From NCBI GenBank assembly GCA_951406725.2, contig OX597817.1:138880001-138944000 (forward strand): a stretch of 64,000 bases of DNA, in the 5' to 3' direction. The translations under genes were made by a program, and so were the position numbers. The notes under the pieces are model-generated. The model was not told where the DNA came from. It searched no databases and saw only the letters and a list, made by a program, of their open reading frames with translations. Positions within the stretch are counted from its first letter, which is position 1. The number at the start of each line of letters is the position of its first letter. This document shows, one piece after another, positions 53,934-64,000 of the stretch. This DNA comes from Octopus vulgaris. Lineage: Eukaryota.

Positions 53934-54033
<100 letters not shown>

Positions 54034-54136
54034 AGTTAATCCAAACATGAAAACACAAAGAGAAAACACAACAACGCGAGGACGTGCAACGAGTGTAGTG
54101 TTATTGGACGTTCAGGAAAGGAAAGAAAGAAGGAGG

Positions 54137-54171
54137 ATTCAACGTTTCGAGCGGAGCTCTTCGTCAGAAAC
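54137..54171 (-). ncRNA. Minimal type I hammerhead-like motif with canonical core and one extra A after A9
   Basis: GUUU-CUGACGA-A-GAGC(UCC)GCUC-GAAA-CG-UU-GAAU; in a ~200-bp element between (TA)n tracts. Confidence 0.6.
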
Positions 54172-54235
54172 AGGAAAAGGAAAGGTCCAAGAAAGGGAAG
54201 ACGGAGGAAGAAAATCGCCAACGGTACACACGCGG

Positions 54236-54281
<46 letters not shown>

Positions 54282-54312
54282 CCAAGAAAAAAGTAACAAG
54301 AATGGATCGGTA

Positions 54313-54402
54313 GATTAGTACAATTGTTTCATACTAAAAACATTTAATTTCAAGCTGTAAATATTACAGCAAATATAATGTCAAGTATTCATCAGCTAAA
54401 TC
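54313..54402 (-). ncRNA. Type I hammerhead-like motif with long stem-II insertion (left arm of palindrome)
   Basis: Mirror copy of 54509-54598. Confidence 0.65.
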
Positions 54403-54508
54403 ACATATAGGTTTTCCATATATTCTTAGAGAGTGTAAATATCCTTATGAAGTTATAACTTCATAAGGATATTTACACTCTCTAAGAATATATGGAAAAC
54501 CTATATGT

Positions 54509-54598
54509 GATTTAGCTGATGAATACTTGACATTATATTTGCTGTAATATTTACAGCTTGAAATTAAATGTTTTTAGTATGAAACAATTGTACTAATC
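54509..54598 (+). ncRNA. Type I hammerhead-like motif with long stem-II insertion (right arm of palindrome)
   Basis: UUAG-CUGAUGA(54516-54522)-AUACU...AGUAU-GAAA-C(AAUU)G-UA-CUAA; internal hairpin GCUGUAA(UAU)UUACAGC. Confidence 0.65.
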
Positions 54599-54748
54599 TA
54601 CCGATCCATTCTTGTTACTTTTTTCTTGGTTATAATCACCCCACATAATTTTATGGTTAATACCATAAAGAATCTTGGTGCATCTAAGTTAAGTACCATA
54701 TTCATTTGAATTCTTTTGAATTCTTTTGAATCTTAATTGTTTTTGCTG

Positions 54749-54790
<42 letters not shown>

Positions 54791-54913
54791 GGAGAAATTA
54801 TAGAAAATATATAAGCACAGATTCGATTACCTGTTGTTACCCGTAAGTTGCAGGAACTTCATATTGGTGGCTGAGGTAACAGTATTAATAAAATAGATGG
54901 AAAAAAAGATATG

Positions 54914-54968
54914 TATTTAGTACGACAAATGTTTCGACCCGTTCTGGGTCTCTTCGGGTACATAAATA
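54914..54968 (-). ncRNA. Type I hammerhead-like motif (U4C variant), well-formed stems
   Basis: UAUUUAUGUAC-CCGAAGA-GACCC(AGAAC)GGGUC-GAAA-C(AUUU)G-UC-GUACUAAAUA; 10-bp stem I with one bulge; predicted cleavage after GUC between 54924 and 54923. Confidence 0.7.
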
Positions 54969-55053
54969 AATAAAAAAATAAAAGGTCTCACTAGAGATTC
55001 GGTTTTACGTATCGCTAAATGTCCGTCAACTTTGGGAATGAGTAAAACACACT

Positions 55054-55162
<109 letters not shown>

Positions 55163-55204
55163 TAAATTTAAAATACTTATTTCTATTATTATAATTGCTA
55201 CTAC

Positions 55205-55420
55205 TAAGGTGGTGAGCTGGCAGAATCGTTACCGTGCCGGGCGAAATGCTGAGTGACATCTCGTCCGTCTTTGTGCTCTGAGCTCAAATGCCGCCGAGGT
55301 CGACTTTGCCTTTCATCCTTTTGTGATCGATAAAATAAGTACCAGGTGCGTACTGGGGTCGGCGTAATCGACTATCCTCTCCCCTCAAATTTCAGGCCTT
55401 GAGTCTATTGTAGAAAGGAT
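55205..55420 (+). mobile_element. SINE family B
   Basis: ggtgagctggcagaatcg...gaggtcgactttgcctttcatcc...tactggggtc. Confidence 0.8.
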
Positions 55421-55461
55421 TATTATAACTGCAACAATTATCTGACACTAAGCTTCTGTAC

Positions 55462-55626
55462 CAGTGGTCCATAACCTTTTCACTACCAAGGACTCCTTTT
55501 ATTTAAAAGAGTTTTCCCACGAACCCCAGGATATTGAAAGGTCTGTCGGCTTAACATGCTGATGGACCCTTAATGCTACCTTTGCAGACCACCAGGGATC
55601 CGTGGACCACAGGTTGGAAACCACTG
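55462..55626. mobile_element. hAT (Charlie-like) MITE, 165 bp
   Basis: CAGTGGT...ACCACTG termini; 8-bp TSD ttctgtac / ttctatac. Confidence 0.8.
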
Positions 55627-55647
55627 TTCTATACTATATTTCTCCAC

Positions 55648-55730
55648 GGTCATATGGCGTAGTGGTTAAGAGCGCGGCCTATTAACGCCAAGATTCCGAG
55701 TTCGATTCCAGGCAGTGACCTGAATAATAA

Positions 55731-55761
<31 letters not shown>

Positions 55762-55990
55762 AAGAAGAAGAAGAAGAAGAAGAAGAAGAAGAAGAAGAAG
55801 AACAACAACAACAACAACAACAAGAACAACAACAACAATAACAAGGAAAAATACCTTAGGAATGAGAACCCAGGTTCGAAATTTCCCCAAGACACCCGAT
55901 GAGGGCTGGAGGATATATCAGCCGAAACGTTTTGTTAGCAACAAACAAGATGAGGACAAATATCAAAAAAATGTAAATAATGTAAATAAT
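55648..55990 (+). mobile_element. Composite element: tRNA-like head, (AAG)n/(AAC)n linker, hammerhead-bearing tail
   Basis: GGTCA...TGACC acceptor-like stem (55648-55720), A box TGGCGTAGTGG, B box GAGTTCGATTCC; HHR-like motif at 55891-55936. Confidence 0.6.
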
Positions 55991-57539
55991 GAATTTTTTT
56001 TTTGGTGTTTCAAAGAGTAAAATCGTGTCCTTAATTTAGAGTGTCATCGTGTTTTTGTTTTTGTCTTCTTTCCAGACCGGTAAATTCAAAATATTCATCA
56101 CCTTTTTATTCTTTGACCCCAATGATGTAATTTTCATTTGTATTGTTTGTCATTTTTTGATTTTATTTGAATTTATCCCCAAGTAAGATTTGATCGAGCA
56201 GTTTCATGATCAAAGTCAATCCAACCACGACAGTCTTGCTTGCTTGTATATCAAGAAATAGTTAAACTAATGAGCTTTTCTTTTTAGTCGTTAGCGTGTT
56301 CCTTTGTGGGAGATTGAGCTGATATTTCTAGCAGATCACTCTACTCGTTAGAGACACTCAGGTTGGCTGATGTATCCGAGTGGTATTCATACGTGTAAAG
56401 TGATCCATTGGTCGGGAAAATTAAAAATGAAATCCTGGAAATAAGTTAATGAATTACTTTTACGCATCTATTCTTCGCATGGAGTGACAGACAGAAAGAG
56501 TGAAAGGAGGAGGAGGAGCGTACGAAACAGGAGGATTTTGTATTTGGGTAAACTAAAATAGGAACCGCAGATGCTATGTTATTTTCTGTGTTCCTCATAA
56601 AGAGTCGGTTCTAAACTCATGTATCGAAACTTTGTCTGGTCATTGCCTCCAGATAAAAGGTGCCTGAATCCCAAGGTAGCAATGACAGATGCTTTCTAAA
56701 CGGATGGGTGTATATTTTGATTAAGGGGATTGATTTTTAAGTGGCTGTTATCTCCCATATGGTGGGTGAAATTTAGGGTTTAACAAGAAACCGGAAAGAT
56801 ATGGAGAGTGGGAGGGAGAGAGGGAGAGACAGAGACAGACAGACACACACACACACACACACACAAACAGGTTAATGAGGGTAGTTTTTTGACATGTCAC
56901 TGCCGTGAAAGTAACAGTCTGTGGTTCCTGGTGACAAGGTTCTACGCATCTGTTACACAAGTCCGTCTCCAACTGTGTTAATTGTTCCGGGTCGTGCTAC
57001 GTTCAGCTAGGGCCAAGTGATTATGTCGTCTACCCAAGTGCAACAGACTAATCACTTTTCTAATTAATTACAAATAGAGCAGAGTATGACGATTATCATT
57101 AACGGTGGAGTTCAGTGGGGATTCGTGCCGGGTGGATAATAGTTTGACTATGAGAATCATAGTCTGAGAAAATTGTAAATTTTCTCTAAATTGTATAAAC
57201 ATATAAACACACATATAAGTATAGATCCATTTAGTTTTCATGAAGTATTGTCTGATGTGTATATATAAATGGTTTCAATTAGTATTATTTTTAATTTGTA
57301 AAGCCAATACAATGCAAGTTATACCAAATAACGCAGGCCAATCATTTGAACTTTTACCTTATATTTCAGTATTTCTGAATTTGTACGGCTTCTTCACAAA
57401 ATCTTCGGAGATCTGTGTTGTTAGCTAACTTCTGTTCTGTAGCGTGTTTGTGTGTGTGTGTGTGTGTGTACACACAATATAGATGAGATGTGATTTTATG
57501 CCTAGATAGAGTTATATATGCGTAGTTGAAATTTATAGA

Positions 57540-57890
57540 AAAGAAAAAGACGAAGGCAGGAATATGATCAACAAGCAAGTTTATTAGTTTAACCCTCGGG
57601 AAAAATGGAAAAGCCTTTTACGTTTCGAGCCTACGCTCTTCGACAGAAAGGAACACGATAAAATAAACAGTGAGAGAATGAAAAAAAAACTTGCAGAGTT
57701 CAGCTGGAAGGCTGGAATCACCAAGTCCTTTTCATTTCCTCTGTCTATTTTCTCTTATTCTTTTCTGCTGATGAGCGTAGGCTCGAAACGCAAAAGACTT
57801 CATTTTCCCAAGCATCAAACTAATACACCTGCTCGTTGTTCATACGCCTGTCTTCGTCTTTTGTTTTTCTATAAATTTCAACTATAAATT
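57540..57890. mobile_element. Penelope-like terminal remnant with two divergently oriented hammerhead-like motifs
   Basis: Minus 57614-57651 CCUUU-CUGUCGA-A-GAGC(GUAG)GCUC-GAAA-CG-UA-AAAGG; plus 57760-57797 degenerate copy; outer flanks loosely inverted; same motif family as 28048-28085. Confidence 0.65.
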
Positions 57891-58057
57891 ATACGCTCTC
57901 GATCCTGACTGAACTTTCTACTCTTTGGATTTGCATATCTGAACTACTTCCCGAACTTTTAACACCTCTCCTCATCCGCATGTCACCACTCCACCCAGAT
58001 TACCATTGGATCTACTTCACAGATTTCATTCGATTTTTTCGTTTATATATATATATA

Positions 58058-58265
58058 CGAGAGAGTGTTGAAAAGTCCCTGGATTTAAGTATATCGCGAA
58101 GGCATGGCTGGAGGCCCAACCTGCCGAATTCTTTTACAGGGCTTAGAAAAACTAAAAGACTGCTGCAATAAGTGTGTGAATTTGAGAGGGGAGTATATTG
58201 TACAAAACCATAATTAATTGATCCTTCTGTATTTTCTTTTACTCAAAGCCAGAAACTCTTCACAC
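58058..58265 (+). mobile_element. Internally deleted mariner relic
   Basis: TA-cgagagagtgttgaaaagtccctgg and aaagccagaaactctt TIR remnants; GLEKLKDCCNKCVNLRGEYI resembles a mariner transposase C-terminus. Confidence 0.6.
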
Positions 58266-58636
58266 ACACACACACACACACATACATGTATATAGGGAGA
58301 TTAACAGCCAGACACGTACAGGCTTACAACACCATCATTTGATTACGTGACTGCCATCAACCAATGACATCGTTTTTTAAAAAGAAGGCAATTTTGAGCC
58401 ACCATTCTTGTATAAAATGGTAGTAACCGTCAAATTCCATCCAGATACGAGACCCTGCAGCCAGATCCGAGAACTATAAACGGTCTGTTATTTCTCTATT
58501 AACCTTTGTATCAATTTAAGATGCTGCAAACAATTATGGTCTCTGAGCACAGTAAAACTAAAACTTTACTGATCGACCAACCAGACACGTTTTAGTTTCT
58601 GGTCAAAAGCTCACTTACTTGATTTGAATATATTTA

Positions 58637-58875
58637 TTCTTTTATTCTTTTACTTGTTTCAGTGATTTGACTGCGGCCATGCTGGAGCATCGCATTTAGT
58701 CAAGCAAATCGACTCCAGTTACTTATTCTTTGTAAGCCTTGTACTTATTCTATCGGATCGCTTTTGCTGAACCGCTAAGTGACGGGGACGTAAGCACACC
58801 AGCATCGGCTATCAAGTGATGTTGGAGGGACAAGTACAGACACACAAACATACACACACACACATACACACACAC

Positions 58876-58961
<86 letters not shown>

Positions 58962-59118
58962 GACGGGCTTCTTTCAGTTTCCAAATCCACTCGCAAGGCT
59001 TTGGTCGGCCTCAGGTTATAGTAGAAGACACTTGCCCAAGGTGCCACTATGTGGGACTGAACCCGGAATCATGTAGTTGGGAAGTAAGCTACTTACCACA
59101 CAGCCACTCCTGTGCCTA
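58637..59118 (-). mobile_element. SINE family A
   Basis: Homology to 30145-30544. Confidence 0.85.
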
Positions 59119-59590
59119 TGTAAACTAATTTTCATCCTTTTATCATTATAAAAATTGTTATAACCTGATCTGAATGTTTTTTACGTAAACTATTTTTTGA
59201 CTCGTCACAGACGATACACAAAGCCTCGAAATTTTTCTTATCAATATACAAAGACTCTTTCATTTGATTTGAATACATTTATGTAAAGTAGTTTTTGACA
59301 CCAGAGTGGATACACAAATCCTCATACCTTACTTTTGAAAATCTCTTTAAATAAGCGAAACCGGTTAAGTTAATAAATACTTTTAAAAGACTCCTACATT
59401 TTCAGATTCTTTTCCATATATTTTATATATATATATATATATGTTTATATTTATGTGTGTGTGTGTTTGTGTGTAGCTATGTATAAAACTATTGACGTTA
59501 CATATATTCGATTGTCTATTCATATCTATCCGTGTGTATGTCTGTGTATTTCCACAGGTATGTGTACATGTATATGTCTGAACAAATATG

Positions 59591-59880
<290 letters not shown>

Positions 59881-59920
59881 TATTTTATGCGCAGCCCCAT
59901 TGTCTCCCGAGACAAAAAGG

Positions 59921-59957
<37 letters not shown>

Positions 59958-62653
59958 TGTATCTTGTATGGGTTTCAGCCAGAGGGTGAGGCCATGCTGG
60001 TTCACCACCTTTACAGCATCCGGGGATTTTTCCACTATTGGGTCAGGTGAAGTAGCGAGTTGGACGTTGCCGCTCTTCTTTGTGCCTCCTGCCGCGATGT
60101 GGTTTCATCCGGAATTGCAGATAAAAAGCTCTCTAGATGTTTTTGAAGACTTCCATGTCTACACCTTGCAGGCTCCTGATGTTCTTTGGTAGGGCATTAA
60201 GAAGTTGTGGTCCCTTGAATCCCAAGCTATTATAATATTGGGTTTTTGTATCCCCGATGGAGAAGATGGGACCATTGGTACTGTGCAGGGCCGTCCAGTT
60301 CAGGGATTGTTGTAGATTTCAATTCCGAAATTTGGATCGAGACCTCCATTATTTTCCACATGTATAGCACTGAATATCTCTCACGTCTCCTCTCCAGGGA
60401 GTAGAGTCCAAGTTCCCTCAGTCTCTCCCAGTAGACCATGTGTTTTACTGAGTTTTATCTTCTTTGTGAAGTGGCATTGGATCGCTTCTAGTTCCGCAAT
60501 TAGTTTTGCACTCTGTTGGGGGACCACAGCTGGGAGCAATAGTTCAGATGACTGAAGACAAAGGTTCTCAAAAGCAGAAGCATTGTGTCTCTGTTCCTGG
60601 CCCTGAAGGATCTAAGGATCCAACCTGCCACCCGCCTGCATATAGTGTTGCCATCTGAGCAATGTGCACATGGAAAGTCGCGTCGTTGCTCATGTGAATT
60701 CCCAGGTCACGCACCGACTCTAACTCCGGAATTACATTGCCTGCTGGTCCTGTATACTTCAGCTGTAGTTTGTTTGTCTGCTGGTAGCGGAGTGCTTGGA
60801 ATTTTGCTCCATTGAGCTGCATATTATTCTCATCAGTCCATTTATAATTGTATTCAGGTCATTCTGCAGTCTTAAGATGTCAGTAGGATCCTTGACCTCC
60901 TGCGATACCTTTGTATCATCGGCGTAGCTGGTGAAAGTGGCTGACTCTATGACTGAGGGTATGACCGAGAGAGTAACCGCAAACATTAGTGGTCCCAGCA
61001 CTGTTCCCTAAGGGACTTCACTGAGGATTGGTTTCACTTCAGAGAGAGCACCATTTGCTGTGACAGCCTGACTTCTGCCCCTTGAGAAACCATGCAGCCA
61101 CTTTCCCAGTCTGCCAGCGATACTGAAGTCACGCAATTTGTGACATATCATCCCATGATCGACTTTGCCTGGACAAAGTCGAGATATATCACATCCACGT
61201 TTGAATGGTTGAACTGTTGTTTTAGTACCCAGTCGAAGTGCTGTAGTAGCTCTGTTAGGCAGCTCCGTCCTGGACGGAGACCATGTTGCGTGTCTGTAAG
61301 CAAGTAATTTTCTTCTAGAAACGTGGTCAGTCTTTTTTCTGACAATGCGTTCCATGATCTTGCTAATATGTGAGGTCTGAGAGATAGGCCTGTAGTTTAT
61401 AGCATCTGCTCTGCTTCTTCCTTTGTGGACAGAGCAGATTACTCTTTCTTTTAACGTTTGAGGAAATGTACCGCATTCAAGGGAACTCTGGAAAAGCATT
61501 TGCAGTGGTTTTGCAAGAGCTTTTTTTGCATGTTTTTAACAGAATTGCTGGGAGTCCATCGGGGCCTGTTGCAGAGTTTGGGTTTATCTTGTCAATGGCT
61601 GACAATACATCCTCTTCTGTAATGTCAATGTAATTGATAGTCGCCTTTTTCTCTTGTAGGTGTTGAAGAACACCACAGGTCTGCTTATTTTCATGTTTTC
61701 TAGTGGGGAGGTGAAAAGGCCTTGGAATTGTTTATTGAGTGCTTCACTTATCCTCTTGGGGTCTGTAGTCAGTGAGCCCTTTTCATCAAACAGTAGCCCT
61801 ATCCTGTATCACACTGAGGCAGACTCTTTCGCGAACTTGAAGAAGGCTTGAGGGTACCTTTTAGTATTTTCCATCGCCCTGGCTTCTCTATTTACTCTTT
61901 CTTCTTCATGGGAGAGTCTGATTTTATTCAGTCTCTAAGAGCGCCATTTCGAGGTAGGGCTGTTCACTGTCATTAGGCTCCTTATTTAAGCTATTCGAGA
62001 TCTTTATCCTCCATCTCATTAGGATTCTTCTATCTCGGGGAATAATGTTCTTATGTGTAGTGGCTTTCTTCTCTGGGACAAACTTAATGCATATGGCTCG
62101 CATTATAGACAAAAATTCATTGAAATTCCTGTCAGTGTCTTACATGGACAGACTTTTAAGCCAGTTTTGCTGGATTATCTCTTTGTTGATGGACTTCCAG
62201 TCAGTCTTGTAGAAGTTCAGGCCGGGTAGCGCTTGGGATCCAGCAGTGTTATATGATCCTTTAATTAGCTTTGGACCTTATTGTTTGTGAAGCAGAGGTC
62301 TAAGATGCTGCTATTTCTGGTTGGGGAAAGTATGGCTTGCTCTATGAACATCATTTTTGTGAGATCTACTAGAGATTCTGCCCGATCGCATTCTTTTCGT
62401 GTCAGTCCTGAGGTTATGATACCTTTGGGCCATCTAATGCTGGAGAAGTTGAAGTCACCCATCAGAAGTACATTAAGGCATTGATCTAGGTTTGTGAGTA
62501 CTTCTTTTATCTTTGTAAGACATTCCTCAAACTTGCCATCGTAGTTTGAGGCATCAGGTGGGCTTTATAATGGGCATATTATCACATCAAGTTACTTTAG
62601 ATGAACTACGAATGTGTCGCAGATCGCCTTCGAATTCGACAGCAGCGCCAGTG

Positions 62654-63678
62654 GAAGCGCAATGGCCCAATGGTTAGGGCAGCGGACTCGCGGTCGGGGG
62701 ATCGCGGTTTCGATTCCCAGACCGGGCGTTGTGTGTATTTATTGAGAGAAAACACCTAAAGCTCCCTGAGGCTCCGGCAGGGGGTGGTGGCGACCCCTGT
62801 TGTACTCGTTCGCTCCAACTTTCAGTCACTCTTTCTGTTTCTTGTTCCCGACTTCCTACGCAACCGCTGAGCCTGGATGTGCATTCATCCATCCCTCGAT
62901 GCTCTCGGTGTCGGGGGTTGACCTGCATTCTCTTCTGTGGGTCTTCTTTGTGAAGTGGCATTGGATCGCTTCTAGTTCCGCAATTAGTTTTGCACTCTGT
63001 TGGGGGACCACAGCTGGGAGCAATAGTTCAGATGACTGAAGACAAAGGTTCTCAAAAGCAGAAGCATTGTGTCTCTGTTCCTGGCCCTGAAGGATCTAAG
63101 GATCCAACCTGCCACCCGCCTGCATATAGTGTTGCCATCTGAGCAATGTGCACATGGAAAGTCGCGTCGTTGCTCATGTGAATTCCCAGGTCACGCACCG
63201 ACTCTAACTCCGGAATTACATTGCCTGCTGGTCCTGTATACTTCAGCTGTAGTTTGTTTGTCTGCTGGTAGCGGAGTGCTTGGAATTTTGCTCCATTGAG
63301 CTGCATATTATTCTCATCAGTCCATTTATAATTGTATTCAGGTCATTCTGCAGTCTTAAGATGTCAGTAGGATCCTTGACCTCCTGCGATACCTTTGTAT
63401 CATCGGCGTAGCTGGTGAAAGTGGCTGACTCTATGACTGAGGGTATGACCGAGAGAGTAACCGCAAACATTAGTGGTCCCAGCACTGTTCCCTAAGGGAC
63501 TTCACTGAGGATTGGTTTCACTTCAGAGAGAGCACCATTTGCTGTGACAGCCTGACTTCTGCCCCTTGAGAAACCATGCAGCCACTTTCCCAGTCTGCCA
63601 GCGATACTGAAGTCACGCTACAGAGGCGCGATCTTGCGAGCTCTGGGACGAAGACCGCTACGCTCAACAGCAACAGCA
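62654..63678 (+). mobile_element. tRNA-derived SINE family D nested in the LINE, itself split by a 677-bp insertion
   Basis: A box TGGCCCAATGG, B box GGTTTCGATTCC; (CAA/CAG)n tail; 15-bp TSD acagcagcg(c/t)cagtg at 62639-62653 and 63679-63693. Confidence 0.85.
62942..63618. repeat. 677-bp direct duplicate of 60458-61134
   Basis: Identical ORFs at constant offset 2484 (60568/63052, 60585/63069, 60759/63243); both boundaries read from sequence. Confidence 0.93.
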
Positions 63679-64000
63679 ACAGCAGCGTCAGTGTTGTGAC
63701 ATCGTCACAGATGTACATCGCAACTCCACCGTGACTTCTCTCTTTTCTGTCTGTGCGGAACACGATATACATTGGTACGTGTATCTCTGCATCTTGTATG
63801 TCTGCAGACAGATGAGTCTCTGTCACTGCAATGCATAGAGCTTGATTGCATGCAGACAGTTCTTCCAGGTATTTTGTTCTTGCTTTTGTTTTGCAAGAGG
63901 CCTCTGGTGTTCATCAGTTGAATCGGTATGATGGACGACTCGGCAGCAGTGGTGGCCATCCTGGGTCCATTACTTGTGGCGATCTTGTTTGTGGGTGTAC

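Larger units (their letters stand above)
54277..54634. repeat. Perfect 358-bp spacerless palindrome
   Basis: Centre agtta|taact at 54455/54456; arms appear to be exact reverse complements out to 54277/54634. Confidence 0.95.
59955..64000 (-). mobile_element. Long decayed CR1-like LINE (APE endonuclease plus RT), running off the window end
   Basis: TETHL, RTDRKERSHGGVAMY, GDFN, PTRNSSILDL, NYRPIS, QHGLRPGRSCLT, VIYLDF, LGPLMF, SYADDTK, LGLYSLERRRERY; many frameshifts. Confidence 0.9.

Noticed and set aside
62654-62728. tRNA gene candidates (also 29380-29453, 52355-52428, 55648-55720)
   Set aside because: A/B boxes present but cloverleaf stems are broken and each continues into a repeat body; treated as SINE heads

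Overview
Eukaryotic, AT-rich, repeat-saturated genomic DNA. The microsatellite load ((TACA)n, (TA)n, (CA)n, (AAT)n, (GATA)n) and the SINE families look like an Octopus/coleoid cephalopod genome (inference). Almost every ORF in the supplied track is a microsatellite artefact. One probable terminal coding exon of a host gene is visible (7762-8129, +), plus one intact Tc1/mariner transposase with an unusual DD38D spacing (17965-19011). The rest is layered TE debris: R4/Dong-like, Hero-like, CR1-like and Tx1/L1-like non-LTR fragments, a Gypsy integrase with LTR, a solo LTR, mariner/pogo relics, hAT-type MITEs, Helitron-like elements and four tRNA-related SINE families. The most striking unannotated signal is a dispersed set of nine hammerhead-ribozyme-like motifs in several structural variants. 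They sit in short Penelope-like remnants, mostly beside microsatellites. One lies downstream of a GIY-YIG C-terminus, two lie in a perfect 358-bp palindrome, and one is fused to a tRNA-like Pol III head. All calls were made by eye. TE boundaries without stated TIR/TSD evidence are approximate.
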